A stretch of DNA of 64,000 nt from an uncultured Hormoscilla sp. (GTDB lineage: Bacteria; Cyanobacteriota; Cyanobacteriia; Cyanobacteriales; Desertifilaceae): NCBI GenBank assembly GCA_963921275.4, contig OZ001293.3, positions 480,001 to 544,000 of the forward strand, in the 5' to 3' direction. Positions 45,459-56,176 of the stretch are shown here, piece after piece. The notes under the pieces are model-generated. The model ran no database searches. It had not been told where the DNA came from and was given only the letters and a program-made list of their open reading frames with translations. Made by a program: the position numbers and the translations under genes. How positions within the stretch are numbered: the stretch's first letter is position 1; the number at the start of each line of letters is the position of its first letter.

Positions 45459-46114
45459 ATTAGGGGTCGAGCTGAGAATCACTTCTCAACCCTCCCGTAT
45501 GGCTGCGCCACGCTGCGCGAACGGAACCGTGCATGCGACTTTCACCGCACACGGCTACTGGGTATCAGGCCCAAATCATGGGTAGAATTACTAAGGATTA
45601 CTCCCGTTGTCCCTTGCTACTTACACGTTTGCCCCTTGATATTCATTCCTCATCCACAATATGGACGGGCTTATGACGTCTTAAGGCTACTTGCATCAGT
45701 AGTTTCCTAATATCACCGTTCCCCGGTATCATTTCACGATGTCTTTAGGCCCTCACTTTACCCCGGCAGTTCTTTGAGTACGATATTGGCCCAAAATCAA
45801 AGAGCCAATACTAACTACTTCCCCTTTTGGGCCAGCGCTTAAAGCCTTATTTCGCTGGTTGATGGTTACGAGGCTTACACGAGTTTGCTTGTTCTGGCCA
45901 TATACATCTTTCCTAGCGGAGTTGCCGGCTTAGGCTACCAGCTATCCTACATTTGAGTCCTCGCTTAACACCACGGCGATGTGGCTCCGCCGCATTGAGG
46001 ACCGGTGTCACCCGCACTTGAGGGAGGGGAATTTAACAATAATGAGTACCAGAGTTTCTAGTTTCCTAGACTAGCGTTCCGTGTTTGACTACGTTAGGCT
46101 AGAACGAATCGCAC
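45459..46114 (-). mobile_element. Lineage C intron, second head-to-tail copy with an internal deletion of about 281 nt
   Basis: Same ends; lacks the segment equivalent to 44781-45061. Confidence 0.9.
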
Positions 46115-46989
46115 TGATTTAACCATCATTAACCCTATCAAGCTCCCCGACTGCGCGGACTCAAAGATACTTACTTAGATGTCAAAGCTCAGTTGGTCGA
46201 TAACAAGATAGTAATTATTGAGATGCAGGTGTTGAATTTGGAGGGTTTTGAGAAGCGGATTTTGTACAATGCGGCTAAAGCTTATTCTATTCAACTCGAT
46301 GCTGGAGAAGATTATACACTGCTGAATCCAGTAATTGCTTTGACGATTACGGACTTTAACATGTTTGCGGAATTCACAAAAGTCACTTCCAAGTTTGTCT
46401 TGAAAGAAAAGGAATTCCTGAGCGATTACCCTGTTGATGATATTGAGTTGGTGTTTGTAGAATTGCCCAAGTTTAACAAAGAATTGGAAAACTTGGAGAC
46501 CATAGCAGATAAATGGCTTTATTTTCTCAAGACTGCCAGGAAATTAGAGACAGTACCCGAGACAATGTCGTCAATTCCGGAAATCAAAAAAGCCTTTGAG
46601 ATTGCGAATATAGCCAACATGAGTCTTTCAGAGTTGGAAGATTTGAAAAAACGAGAAATCTATATCCACGACCAGCGAAATGCGATCAAAAAGGCAAAAA
46701 AAGAAGGTCGAGAAATTGGGATCGAAGAAGGCAAAGAAATTGGCATGAAAACATCTCAAGTGGAAATCGCTAAACGGCTGCTTGATGTTTTAGATGAAGA
46801 AACGATTAGTTTGACTACAGGACTCAGCCTTGAGGATGTGCAAAAGTTGAAACTAGATTAATTTTCACGCTCGCCGCGATCTATTCTTAAATGTACAAAC
46901 CAGGTTTTTCTCAAAATATGGTTTGTACATGATTATCAATCAAGAATATGTTATACTAGGAAAATAAGAGTCAAATGGAGGGATAGTTA

Positions 46990-47865
46990 ATGAAGATTAG
47001 TTTCATTAATCCTAAGACAGATTTTGCCTTTAAGAAAATCTTTAATTCCGAGCAAAGCAAGGAAATTCTCATCAGCTTCTTAAATGCTATGCTCTATGAG
47101 GGAGAAGATACAATTTCTGATTTAACCATCATTAACCCCTATCAAGCTCCCCGACTGCGCGGACTCAAAGATACTTACTTAGATGTCAAAGCTCAGTTGG
47201 TCGATAACAAGACAGTAATTATTGAGATGCAGGTGTTGAATTTGGAGGGTTTTGAGAAGCGGATTTTGTACAATGCGGCTAAAGCTTATTCTATTCAACT
47301 CGATGCTGGAGAAGATTATACACTGCTGAATCCAGTAATTGCTTTGACGATTACGGACTTTAACATGTTTGCGGAATTCACAAAAGTCACTTCCAAGTTT
47401 GTCTTGAAAGAAAAGGAATTCCTGAGCGATTACCCTGTTGATGATATTGAGTTGGTGTTTGTAGAATTGCCCAAGTTTAACAAAGAATTGGAAAACTTAA
47501 AGACCATAGCAGATAAATGGCTTTATTTTCTCAAGACTGCCAGGAAATTAGAGACAGTACCCGAGACAATGTCGTCAATTCCGGAAATCAAAAAAGCCTT
47601 TGAGATTGCGAATATAGCCAACATGAGTCCCTCAGAGTTGGAAGATTTGGAAAAACGAGAAATCTATATCCACGACCAGCGAAATGCGATCAAAAAGGCA
47701 AAAAAAGAAGGTCGAGAAATTGGGATCGAAGAAGGCAAAGAAATTGGCATGAAAACATCTCAAGTGGAAATCGCTAAACGGCTGCTTGATGTTTTAGATG
47801 AAGAAACGATTAGTCTGACTACAGGACTCAGCCTTGAGGATGTGCAAAAGTTGAAACTAGATTAA
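46990..47865 (+). CDS. Rpn copy 4 (intact)
   Basis: Paralog with a shorter repeat linker. Confidence 0.92.
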   Translation: MKISFINPKTDFAFKKIFNSEQSKEILISFLNAMLYEGEDTISDLTIINPYQAPRLRGLKDTYLDVKAQLVDNKTVIIEMQVLNLEGFEKRILYNAAKAYSIQLDAGEDYTLLNPVIALTITDFNMFAEFTKVTSKFVLKEKEFLSDYPVDDIELVFVELPKFNKELENLKTIADKWLYFLKTARKLETVPETMSSIPEIKKAFEIANIANMSPSELEDLEKREIYIHDQRNAIKKAKKEGREIGIEEGKEIGMKTSQVEIAKRLLDVLDEETISLTTGLSLEDVQKLKLD

Positions 47866-47923
47866 TTTTCACGCTCGCCCCGATCGTTTCCTGGTGAGGT
47901 TGGGTTAATGCACGAAACCCAAC

Positions 47924-48109
47924 CTACAGATCGCCTCCCGACCTTGCCTCTATTAGCTTTCGCGCCACATCCCGGGCTATTGACAAGGTTTCAGTAATGG
48001 TTCTTCCCTGTGCGACCAACCCTTGCAGATCCTCAGAGGTTGCCAGATAAACTCCTTCTGGTAGTTTTTCGATCTGGATATTCAGCAATCTTTCCATGTA
48101 GTTTTTCAT
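47924..48109 (-). CDS. HicB-like antitoxin
   Basis: LPEGVYLATSEDLQGLVAQGRTITET. Confidence 0.8.
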   Translation of the reverse strand: MKNYMERLLNIQIEKLPEGVYLATSEDLQGLVAQGRTITETLSIARDVARKLIEARSGGDL

Positions 48110-49132
48110 CTCTTACCCTCTCGTTACCCTCTCATCCTCTCGTTCCCAGGTTCTACCTGGGAATGATTATCTGGAGGCTCCCGCCTCCAATAAGCGCATC
48201 TGTGCTGATTGAAGTATCTCATGTCTTTAATCAAAATAGCCCGATCGCACCTGGAGGCTGAGCCTCGGGTTTGCGTTCCCAGGCCGAGCCCGGGAACGAG
48301 TTAATTAGTGCGATCGCACCTGGAGGCTGAGCCTCGGGTTTGCGTTCCCAGGCCGAGCCCGGGAACGAGTAATTTTGACAGATGATATTAGCTTGATGCG
48401 GTTTTGTTTCTTTTTTACAATTTTTTTAGTCGGTTTTAATCGACTTTAGCTATTAGCCGGGGGTTTGCAACTCCCGGCGGGCCGGCGAAGAGACAGAATT
48501 ATTGAATTTTTTTATTCTGTTATTTCCGCCGCGATCGCCTTACCAATTTCCAGAGAAGAAGTCGCCGCAGGGGAAGGGGCATTGCAAACATGGATAGCAT
48601 TTTGGCCCCGGACAATGAGAAAATCCTTCACCAGGGAACCATCGTTCTTTAATGCTTGGGCGCGGACACCCGCCTCAGAGGGAACCAAGTCTGCTGGGGT
48701 ACATCTCAGTTAGGCGATAAGTAATTATACTTAGTGCTTGTCTCCCTCAAAACGGTACATAATTTAGGCACTGTTGACCACCCTTGACCCATGAACTCCC
48801 AAAAGCAGGCTGAACTCCAGCAACATCTTGACGCGATTGCCGCGATTCTCTACCAGGAAGCCGACCCCACTGAACTCACCACCCTTGAAGGCATTGAGAA
48901 AAACGTTCGTGCGCTTGCCCAAGAACACGTCTGGCCTCAACTAGGAATTTTTTTATCAACACGGCGACTTCCCGCCGCACCGGAAAACAGCGCACCCTGA
49001 CCAGTATCCTGGGCAAACTAACCCTCACCACTGCTCAAGCCCAACAACTGCAAGTTAAACCGGGAACTCGTTGGAGTCCGTATGTGGAAAAATGTTGTTG
49101 GGTCGTCAGTGCCAATGCCTCTTACCAGAGAG

Positions 49133-50879
49133 CCGATTTTTCGGGCCGTCCGCGGACCATACAAGATCTCGCGATGCTGACTGGGGTGAGCATCTCCCAC
49201 AGTACGCTCCAACGCTTTGTTCAACGAGAGGACTGGTCTGAGGTAGTGCGATTCGTTCCGGCATAAGCCAGTAGGTGAAAGTCGGGTCTGGCTCTATCAG
49301 CCAGATAACTCTGGTTATCATGGGGGTTAAATTCCCCTTCCCCAGGTACGGGGGTCGAGGGTACTACCGGTCGGAGGTGCTGCGGAGTCACATCACCGTG
49401 GTGTGGAGCGAGGACTTAAATGTAGGATAACTGGCAGCCTAAGCCGGTGACGCCGCTAGGAAAGATGTTAATGGTTAGAACAAGCGAACCTATGTAAACC
49501 TCGTTAACCAGAACCAGCGGAAGAAGGCTTATGCGCTTGCCCAAAAAGGGAAATGGTAGTTAGTATTAGCTCTTGCCTCTGGCTAATAACGTACTCAAAG
49601 AACTCTCGGGGTATAGTAGGAACCTAAAAGCATCGCGAAATGATACCAGGGAACGGAGTAACCTCTCGTGAGCTGTCCCCATTTGGACAAGTTAGATGTA
49701 AAGCGCAAGCCACGAAGAGGAAGGATGTCCTAAGAAGCCAACGCCCGGGGTAATGCTTGTGGATATGCAGACGTAGGACGGATATGGTAAGACACCCTTG
49801 GGAAAAGTAACCTTAATGTCACAGAACTAGGAAGAAATTCCAAAAGTACGAATCTTGGATTCAAATCTTAGCCAGGTAAAGTTCAGAGCCCCTACGAAAA
49901 GCGGAAAGCAGAATGGGGAAGATGTTAGTAAAGAGCGGCGAGTATGGTTTGCTGAACTATCCTCCGCGAACCTTCCGGAGCTAAGTACTTAAACGGTCCA
50001 ATAGGATTGACCATAAGGGGTAAAATTTCAAAGGGTAAGGGACAACGGGGGTAACCCCCAGTAATCCTACTGATGACAGCAGCTTACCAACCAGTAGCCG
50101 TGTGCGGTAAAAGTCGCTCTTCAGGTTTCGCTCTTGGAGGGTTGGTACGTGAGTACCAGCTCGACCCCGACCAAGATAGCTGAACCGATTCAGGAGCTCA
50201 GCTTGGATGGCGGCATGATTCGCCTTCGTACCGATTTTTCGGGCCGTCCGCGGACCGTGGAGGGTCAACCTGGTGAGTGGCGAGAATACAAAGCCTTAAA
50301 TGTCCATGAGCAAGGCAGTGTGGCTTTCTTCAAGGATAATCAAGGGCTGCTTGAGTGGGTGAATGCCCAGCCCCTAGGGGCGCAGTTCACCGGTCTCGGA
50401 GATGGTCATGATGGGGTGTGGAACATTTTCAGTGGTATCGGGACACCAGAACAACGTATCGAAGTGCTCGATTGGTATCACCTAATGGAAAATGCCAATA
50501 AGGTGCAAGGGACACCGGCTCAATCCGATTTTTCGGGCCGTCCGCGGACCGTGCAGATCCGATTTTTCGGGCCGTCCGCGGACCGTGCACTCCTGTGGCG
50601 AGGGGAGACCCAGAGGGCGATTAGTTATCTGCGCCAACAGCAATGTCGGGGAGCCACAGGGTTGATCAACTACTTGAAGCACCATCAGACGCGCATCATT
50701 GACTACCAGGCTAGCCCTCCTGGCGTCGGGCCGCTGCGCGAACGGGCAGGCAGCTCGGCACTCGATTGGCTCTGGTCGGGTTGAGTCCCTGGTGAAACAA
50801 ATTGGGTTAAGGGTGAAATTACCGGGGGCACAATGGCGAGCCGAGAATGTGCCGATTTTTCGGGCCGTCCGCGGACCGT
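49133..50879 (+). repeat. Five copies of CCGATTTTTCGGGCCGTCCGCGGACC(G/A)T (49133, 50231, 50525, 50559, 50852)
   Basis: Identical short inserts within the transposase. Confidence 0.9.
49246..50172 (+). mobile_element. ORF-less group II intron, lineage B (927 nt), inside the IS transposase
   Basis: GTGCG...CTCGACCCCGACC; removal restores WSEV|KIAEPIQELSLDGG. Confidence 0.9.
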
Positions 50880-52079
50880 AGGTGTTGAAGCATCGCTGTG
50901 CCTACCTGAATGGCGCATTAGTTGCCTAATCAGACTCAGTAAATCCACTTTTGCTGAGTAAATATACTCATCGCCTAACTGAGATGCACCCGTCTGCTGC
51001 TTGCACTTCGGGAATCAACTTTTGCAAGCTGCGCACAAACGCTGCTTTACTCGCAGAACGAATCATTTCTTTAATTCCTTCTGCGGCGTACTTGCTTGTC
51101 AATTTCCAAAAGCCAGGGTATGTTATTACCTCCGCCAAGTCTCTGGGATCGAAATCTGTCTTTTTATAACCTTCCCGCTTCAGACTCAGAACTGCATTTG
51201 GTCCCGCGTGGATGCTACCATCGATCATTCTGGTAAAATGGACCCCCAGAAAGGGAAAGTCCGGATGGGGTACCGGATAAATTAAACCCTTGACTAGATC
51301 CCGTTTCTCTGGTATCAGTTCGTAATACTCTCCCCGAAAGGGCACGATCTTCGCCTCCGGGTCAACTTTACCTAATTTTGCCACCCGATCGCTATACAAA
51401 CCGGCGCAGTTAACGATCCAGCGAGTCGGAAAACTCCCCCGATTAGTTTCTAGCACTTGCGTGCTGCCTTTGTCAAGGATTTTCTCCACCTTAGTATTCA
51501 GACAAAGTTCCGCACCTTGTTCCTTGGCTATTTCCGCATATTTTTGACAAACTTGTCCATAGTCAACTATGCCCGCAGTTGGCACTTGGATCCCTGCTAT
51601 ACAGCTAACATGGGGTTCGATCGCCCTCACCTCGTCGCCGCTAATTTTGGTCACCGAGAGGCCATTTGCCAAACCCCGCTGATAGATATTTTCCAGGCGG
51701 ATCAGTTCCGACTCTTCTGTCGCCACAATTACCTTACCGCAAATCTCATGGGCAATGCCATGGTGCTGACAGAATTCTACCATCGATCGATTGCCGTCGC
51801 CGCAAAACTTAGCCTTAAAACTCCCCGGTTGATAATATATCCCAGAATGGATCACCCCGCTATTGTGACCGGTCTGGTGAACGGCCAGACTGGATTCCTT
51901 TTCTAACAATAGAATTTTAGCATGAGGATAGTGCTGACCCAATGCCATTGTCGCCGATAATCCGACTATGCCGCCACCGATAATAGCCAAATCGTACATC
52001 ATATCATATCCGTTTGAGCGACCACATCAAAAAGGGATCCGGGGGATCGGAAAGTATGTGCAATTACCCGAATTTGATA

Positions 52080-54252
52080 TCATTCGTAAAACTGGATTAT
52101 TTCCCCAAAATTTGCTTCACCGTATTCCACCCAGGCGATACAATTTCCGACGGCGTCGTACAATTCGATCGTATCTCCATGATTGCGCAAACTCATCGAG
52201 TCCGTGCGATTCGTTCTAGCCTAACGTGGTCAAACACGGAACGCTAGCCCGGTTTCATTAGCCAGGAACTCTGACCGCATGGGGGTTAAATTCCCCTCCC
52301 CCCAGGTACGGGGGTGACACCGGTCCTCGGTGCTACGAAGCGACATCATCGTGGTGCTAAGCGAGGACTCAAATGTAGGATAACTGGCAGCCTAAGCCGG
52401 TGACGCCGCTAGGAAAGATATCCAAGGTTAGAGCAGGCAAACATGTGCAAGCCTCGTTATAAGGAACCAGCGAAATAAGGCTATATGCGCTGGCCTAAAA
52501 AGGAAATGGTAGCTAGTATTAGTTTTAGACTCTGGCTAATATAGTACTCAAATAGCTCCCGGGGTATAGTGTGGACCTAAAGGTATCGCGAAATGTTGTT
52601 AGGGAACGAAGTAACCTCTCGTGTGCTGTCCATCAGGACAAGTTAGATGTTAAGCGCAAGCCACGGGGGGAGGGATGGCCCAAGAAGCGAATGCCCGGGG
52701 TAATTCCTGGGATAACATCTACAGTAATGTAGATGATGCTGGGTAGCCAGCGCTGACGTGGGTCGGTGATACTAGGAAGCTGCTGGAATGAGTAATCCTA
52801 AAAAGCCACGGAACTAATCCGAAACGCAAGTGGAGGATAAGGTATGGATAACTGGTAAAACTGACTTGAAAATGGTGATACTAACGGTTATCAGAACAAC
52901 CACTCGCTAAACCAGGAAAGGGAAGAAAAGACAGGCGGCAAGGGCTAACGGAAGTAATTCCTATTAAGTCTACCTATGAAAAGGGCCTAGTACCCAGTAG
53001 CCGGATGCGGTGAAAATCGCAAGTCCGGTTCCTCAAGGGAGGGTCGGGAAGCGATTCCCGGCTCGACCCCATCCAGACTCGATCTAGTCACCCGAAACCG
53101 CTTCACTTCCCCGGAGGCGATCGCGCCATCAAGTGGTTCCGCCCCACTATAGCTATCGCGCATTTCCCAACCTGTCAAGTCGATCGCTTCGGAACTAATA
53201 TTTTTCAACTCCACCCATTCCTTACCTTCATCCCGCCCGCGAGGGTCTGGTAAAGCCGCATAGATGGCGATCGGGCCATTTTTCTTTCCGAGCGTGCTAT
53301 CCGATCGTAGCACGCGGGGCACATTTCCCATAAATATCGGGAAAAACGAGCGAATATAAACACCTTTGCTGCCATCTAGTTCCGTATTTCTCAACAGCAC
53401 TAACTTATAATTAGCATCATCAAGGGTCGTGCGCTGACTATCCTCTCTCAGCATACCACACAAGCTTTCATAATACATCACCGTCCCCATTGCTATTTCG
53501 CATTCCGGACTCGTGCCCACAAAGAACCCACTCTCTTCCTTAAACAGTTTTGCGATCTGGTTTACCTGCTTATCCGCGTAATTCCACTCCATCTGTAACG
53601 TGACCATCCTAGGATTTTTCGCCCCCGCGTCTCCTTGCCGATAATACTTATAACCCCAATAATTTACTCGCTTCTTTTTCTCATCCAGGTAAAATTTAAT
53701 CCACGAATGATACCCCGATACTTTTCCCTGACTTACCTCCTCCCTGAATCCTTGATAATACCTGCCTTCCCCCACAAATGTATGTTCAAACCCCGACGCA
53801 TATTCAGTCCCATTTCCATAGTAATAGTTAGTATAGGGCTGAAACCAAATTTGGTACAACTTTTCTCGAAATTATAACTCCGATAGGTTAATCCTCAAGT
53901 CCTTGCCGATGTAATCAAAGGCGATCGCCATCGGTTCCGTTGCCACGATCGCATCCATAAACTCATTAATTTCCCTCGCTTCTGCCTCCGTCATCTCCTC
54001 CGTTCCTCTGGTGCTGATCACATAATTATCCAAAAGTCTCATAAAACTTTTATAAGTTGGCCCGCCAAACTTCTCCTCATTTACCCGATAGAAGAGAGGA
54101 CGATCTGCCAGAGTGCGATCGCCCGAAGCTTGCACCTGTTCGTCCAGGAGAATATCAGCATTTTCATTCTCCCATTCTCCCGACTCCTTGCGAGATGATA
54201 CGGATAATTGATTGCGATCTCCGTCCCAAAGCCTTTGATAAATATCGCTCAT
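52080..54252 (-). pseudogene. EndoU/XendoU-like endoribonuclease fused to a lamin-tail domain; in-frame stop at 53872 and an antisense intron
   Basis: LLDNY, SGFEHTFVGE, SGYHSW, FFVGTSPECE; LTD EWVELKN...IDLTGW, completed by LRNHGDTIELYDAVG beyond the intron. Confidence 0.82.
52204..53074 (+). mobile_element. ORF-less group II intron, lineage D (871 nt)
   Basis: GTGCG start; canonical DV TAGCCGGATGCGGTGAAAATCGCAAGTCCGGTTC; end CTCGACCCCATCC. Confidence 0.93.
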
Positions 54253-54347
54253 TCATCCAACCTCCTAAGCAATTCACAACTGACAACTAACAACTGACAA
54301 CATCCAAATCTAGTAGAATCGATGGTGGGCAATGCCCACCCTACATG

Positions 54348-55370
54348 CTAACGAAACATGCTGCTGACCGAACTATCCTCATGGATACGCCAGATCGTCT
54401 CCCCGAGCAAATTAGCTACCGAAAGTACAGTTAGTTGTGCAAACCGTTTTTCCTGTGGCACTGGAATAGTATTAGTCACGATCACCTCTTCAAACACAAC
54501 GCTAGAGAGGCGTTCAATTGCTGGAGGGGAAAAGACAGCATGAGTCGCACAGGCATAAACCTGACGTGCCCCCACTTCCCGCAGCATCCTAGCACCTTCA
54601 CTGATTGTACCAGCGGTATCAATCATATCGTCTACCAAAACAGCAGTTTTTCCCTTTACATCCCCAATCACATTTAAAACTTCCGCCACATTGTGAGATT
54701 GGCGTCGCTTATCAATGATTGCCAGAGGTGCATCATCTAGCTTTTTAGCAAAAGCTCTCGCTCTTGCTACCCCACCCACATCCGGGGAAACCACTACAAT
54801 ATCAGATAGTTGCTTGCTAGCCAGATAATCCAGCAGGACGGGAGAGCCGTAGACATGGTCGAAAGGAATATCAAAATAGCCCTGGATCTGGGCTGAGTGC
54901 AAATCCATCGCCAGAACTCTACTGGCTCCAGCTTCTACAATCAGATTCGCCACTAGCTTAGCAGTAATCGATTCCCGCCCAGCCGTTTTGCGATCGGCCC
55001 TAGCATAGCCATAATAGGGCAGCACCGCCGTAATCTGACGCGCCGAAGCCCTACGGCTAGCATCAATCATAATCAGCAATTCCATCAAGTAGTCGTTGAC
55101 TGGAGAGCAACTTGGCTGTATTAGGTAGACATCGCAGCCTCGGATTGATTCTTGAATTTGCACGTAAATCTCGCCATCGGCAAAGCGTTTGCGAATCATC
55201 GGTCCCAAATCTAAGCCCAGGTAGCGAGCCACCTCTTGAGACAGAGGAACATTAGCCGAGCCAGAAAACAGCCGCAGACGGTTATTATCGCTAATGGTTG
55301 GTATAGTCGGCGGCATAGTCAAGGTTGCAGAACGGATCACAATAGTGCCTCGAAGCGCATTCATCGCCAT
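54348..55370 (-). CDS. prs: Ribose-phosphate pyrophosphokinase
   Basis: FADGEIYV, PYYGYARADRK, VVSPDVGG, VDDMIDTAGT. Confidence 0.97.
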   Translation of the reverse strand: MAMNALRGTIVIRSATLTMPPTIPTISDNNRLRLFSGSANVPLSQEVARYLGLDLGPMIRKRFADGEIYVQIQESIRGCDVYLIQPSCSPVNDYLMELLIMIDASRRASARQITAVLPYYGYARADRKTAGRESITAKLVANLIVEAGASRVLAMDLHSAQIQGYFDIPFDHVYGSPVLLDYLASKQLSDIVVVSPDVGGVARARAFAKKLDDAPLAIIDKRRQSHNVAEVLNVIGDVKGKTAVLVDDMIDTAGTISEGARMLREVGARQVYACATHAVFSPPAIERLSSVVFEEVIVTNTIPVPQEKRFAQLTVLSVANLLGETIWRIHEDSSVSSMFR

Positions 55371-55537
55371 CTTATCATGCTCGCTCTTATAACATGCTCT
55401 CTGATTTTTCTGATATTTTTATATTTATGTGAAGCGCACCGGTTACAATTATTCAATATTTCTTAAGAGTTGTGAACTGCTGCCCGCTAACTTTGTCTAG
55501 CATATGCATGTCATATTTTTACGCTAAGGATCGGCTT

Positions 55538-55996
55538 ATGAGTCTGAAAGACCGCATCACAGAGGACATCAAAACGGCTATGAAGTCCAAGGATAAAGTC
55601 CGTCTGGAGACAGTCCGCAGCATTAAAAAGCTGCTATTGGAAAAGGAAGTCAGCGTCCGCCCTCAAGGTCAAGAGGCCCTGACGGAAGCCCAAGAACTGG
55701 AAGTGCTGGCCCAGCTAGCTAAACAACGGCGGGAGTCGATCGCACAATACCGCCAAGCGGGCCGCGAGGACTTGGTGGCACAAGAATCTCAGGAACTGGC
55801 AATCATCGAGGAGTATCTACCGCGCCAGCTGTCTGATGAGGAGGTGGCTGCCATTATCGATGAGATTATTGCCCAGGTGGGTGCTAGTTCTCCGAAAGAT
55901 ATGGGCAAGGTGATGGGACAGGCAATGCAGCAACTGAAGGGTCAAGCGGATGGCAAGAAGGTACAACAGTTGGTGAAAGCTAAGTTGGGGGGCTGA
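55538..55996 (+). CDS. GatB/YqeY domain protein
   Basis: KQRRESIAQY, EEYLP.QLS, DMGKVMG. Confidence 0.92.
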   Translation: MSLKDRITEDIKTAMKSKDKVRLETVRSIKKLLLEKEVSVRPQGQEALTEAQELEVLAQLAKQRRESIAQYRQAGREDLVAQESQELAIIEEYLPRQLSDEEVAAIIDEIIAQVGASSPKDMGKVMGQAMQQLKGQADGKKVQQLVKAKLGG

Positions 55997-56176
55997 GTTC
56001 CTTCCCCTTGCCCGGGCCAGTTAGCACCAGTTGGCAATCTCGACTTTCGATCCGTTGTATGTTACTCTGAATGGTCAGGGATGGCGATCGCCCGTTCGGC
56101 ACCAGACTGGCGATTGCCATCCCCCCACCCCTATGGCGGTGGGGCTACTCGAATATCACCCGCCTTACCTATTTAT

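Larger units (their letters stand above)
44393..46861 (+). pseudogene. Rpn copy 3, interrupted antisense by two tandem introns (44521-46114)
   Basis: ATACAATTTC|TGATTTAACC junction matches the uninterrupted copy 4. Confidence 0.92.
48697..50991 (+). mobile_element. ISKra4-family IS, transposase inactivated (48791 to about 50929)
   Basis: TIR GGGT(A/G)CATCTCAGTTAGGCGA; 8-bp TSD GTCTGCTG; ELSLDGG, LGDGHDGVW, LDWYHL, IGSG.VES motifs. Confidence 0.9.
48512..51999 (-). pseudogene. lhgO: L-2-hydroxyglutarate oxidase split by ISKra4 (50992-51999 and 48512-48696)
   Basis: IIGGGIVG, HQTGHNSGVIHSGIYY, PFLGVHFT; 3' part AGVRAQA...[15 protein letters not shown]. Confidence 0.92.
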
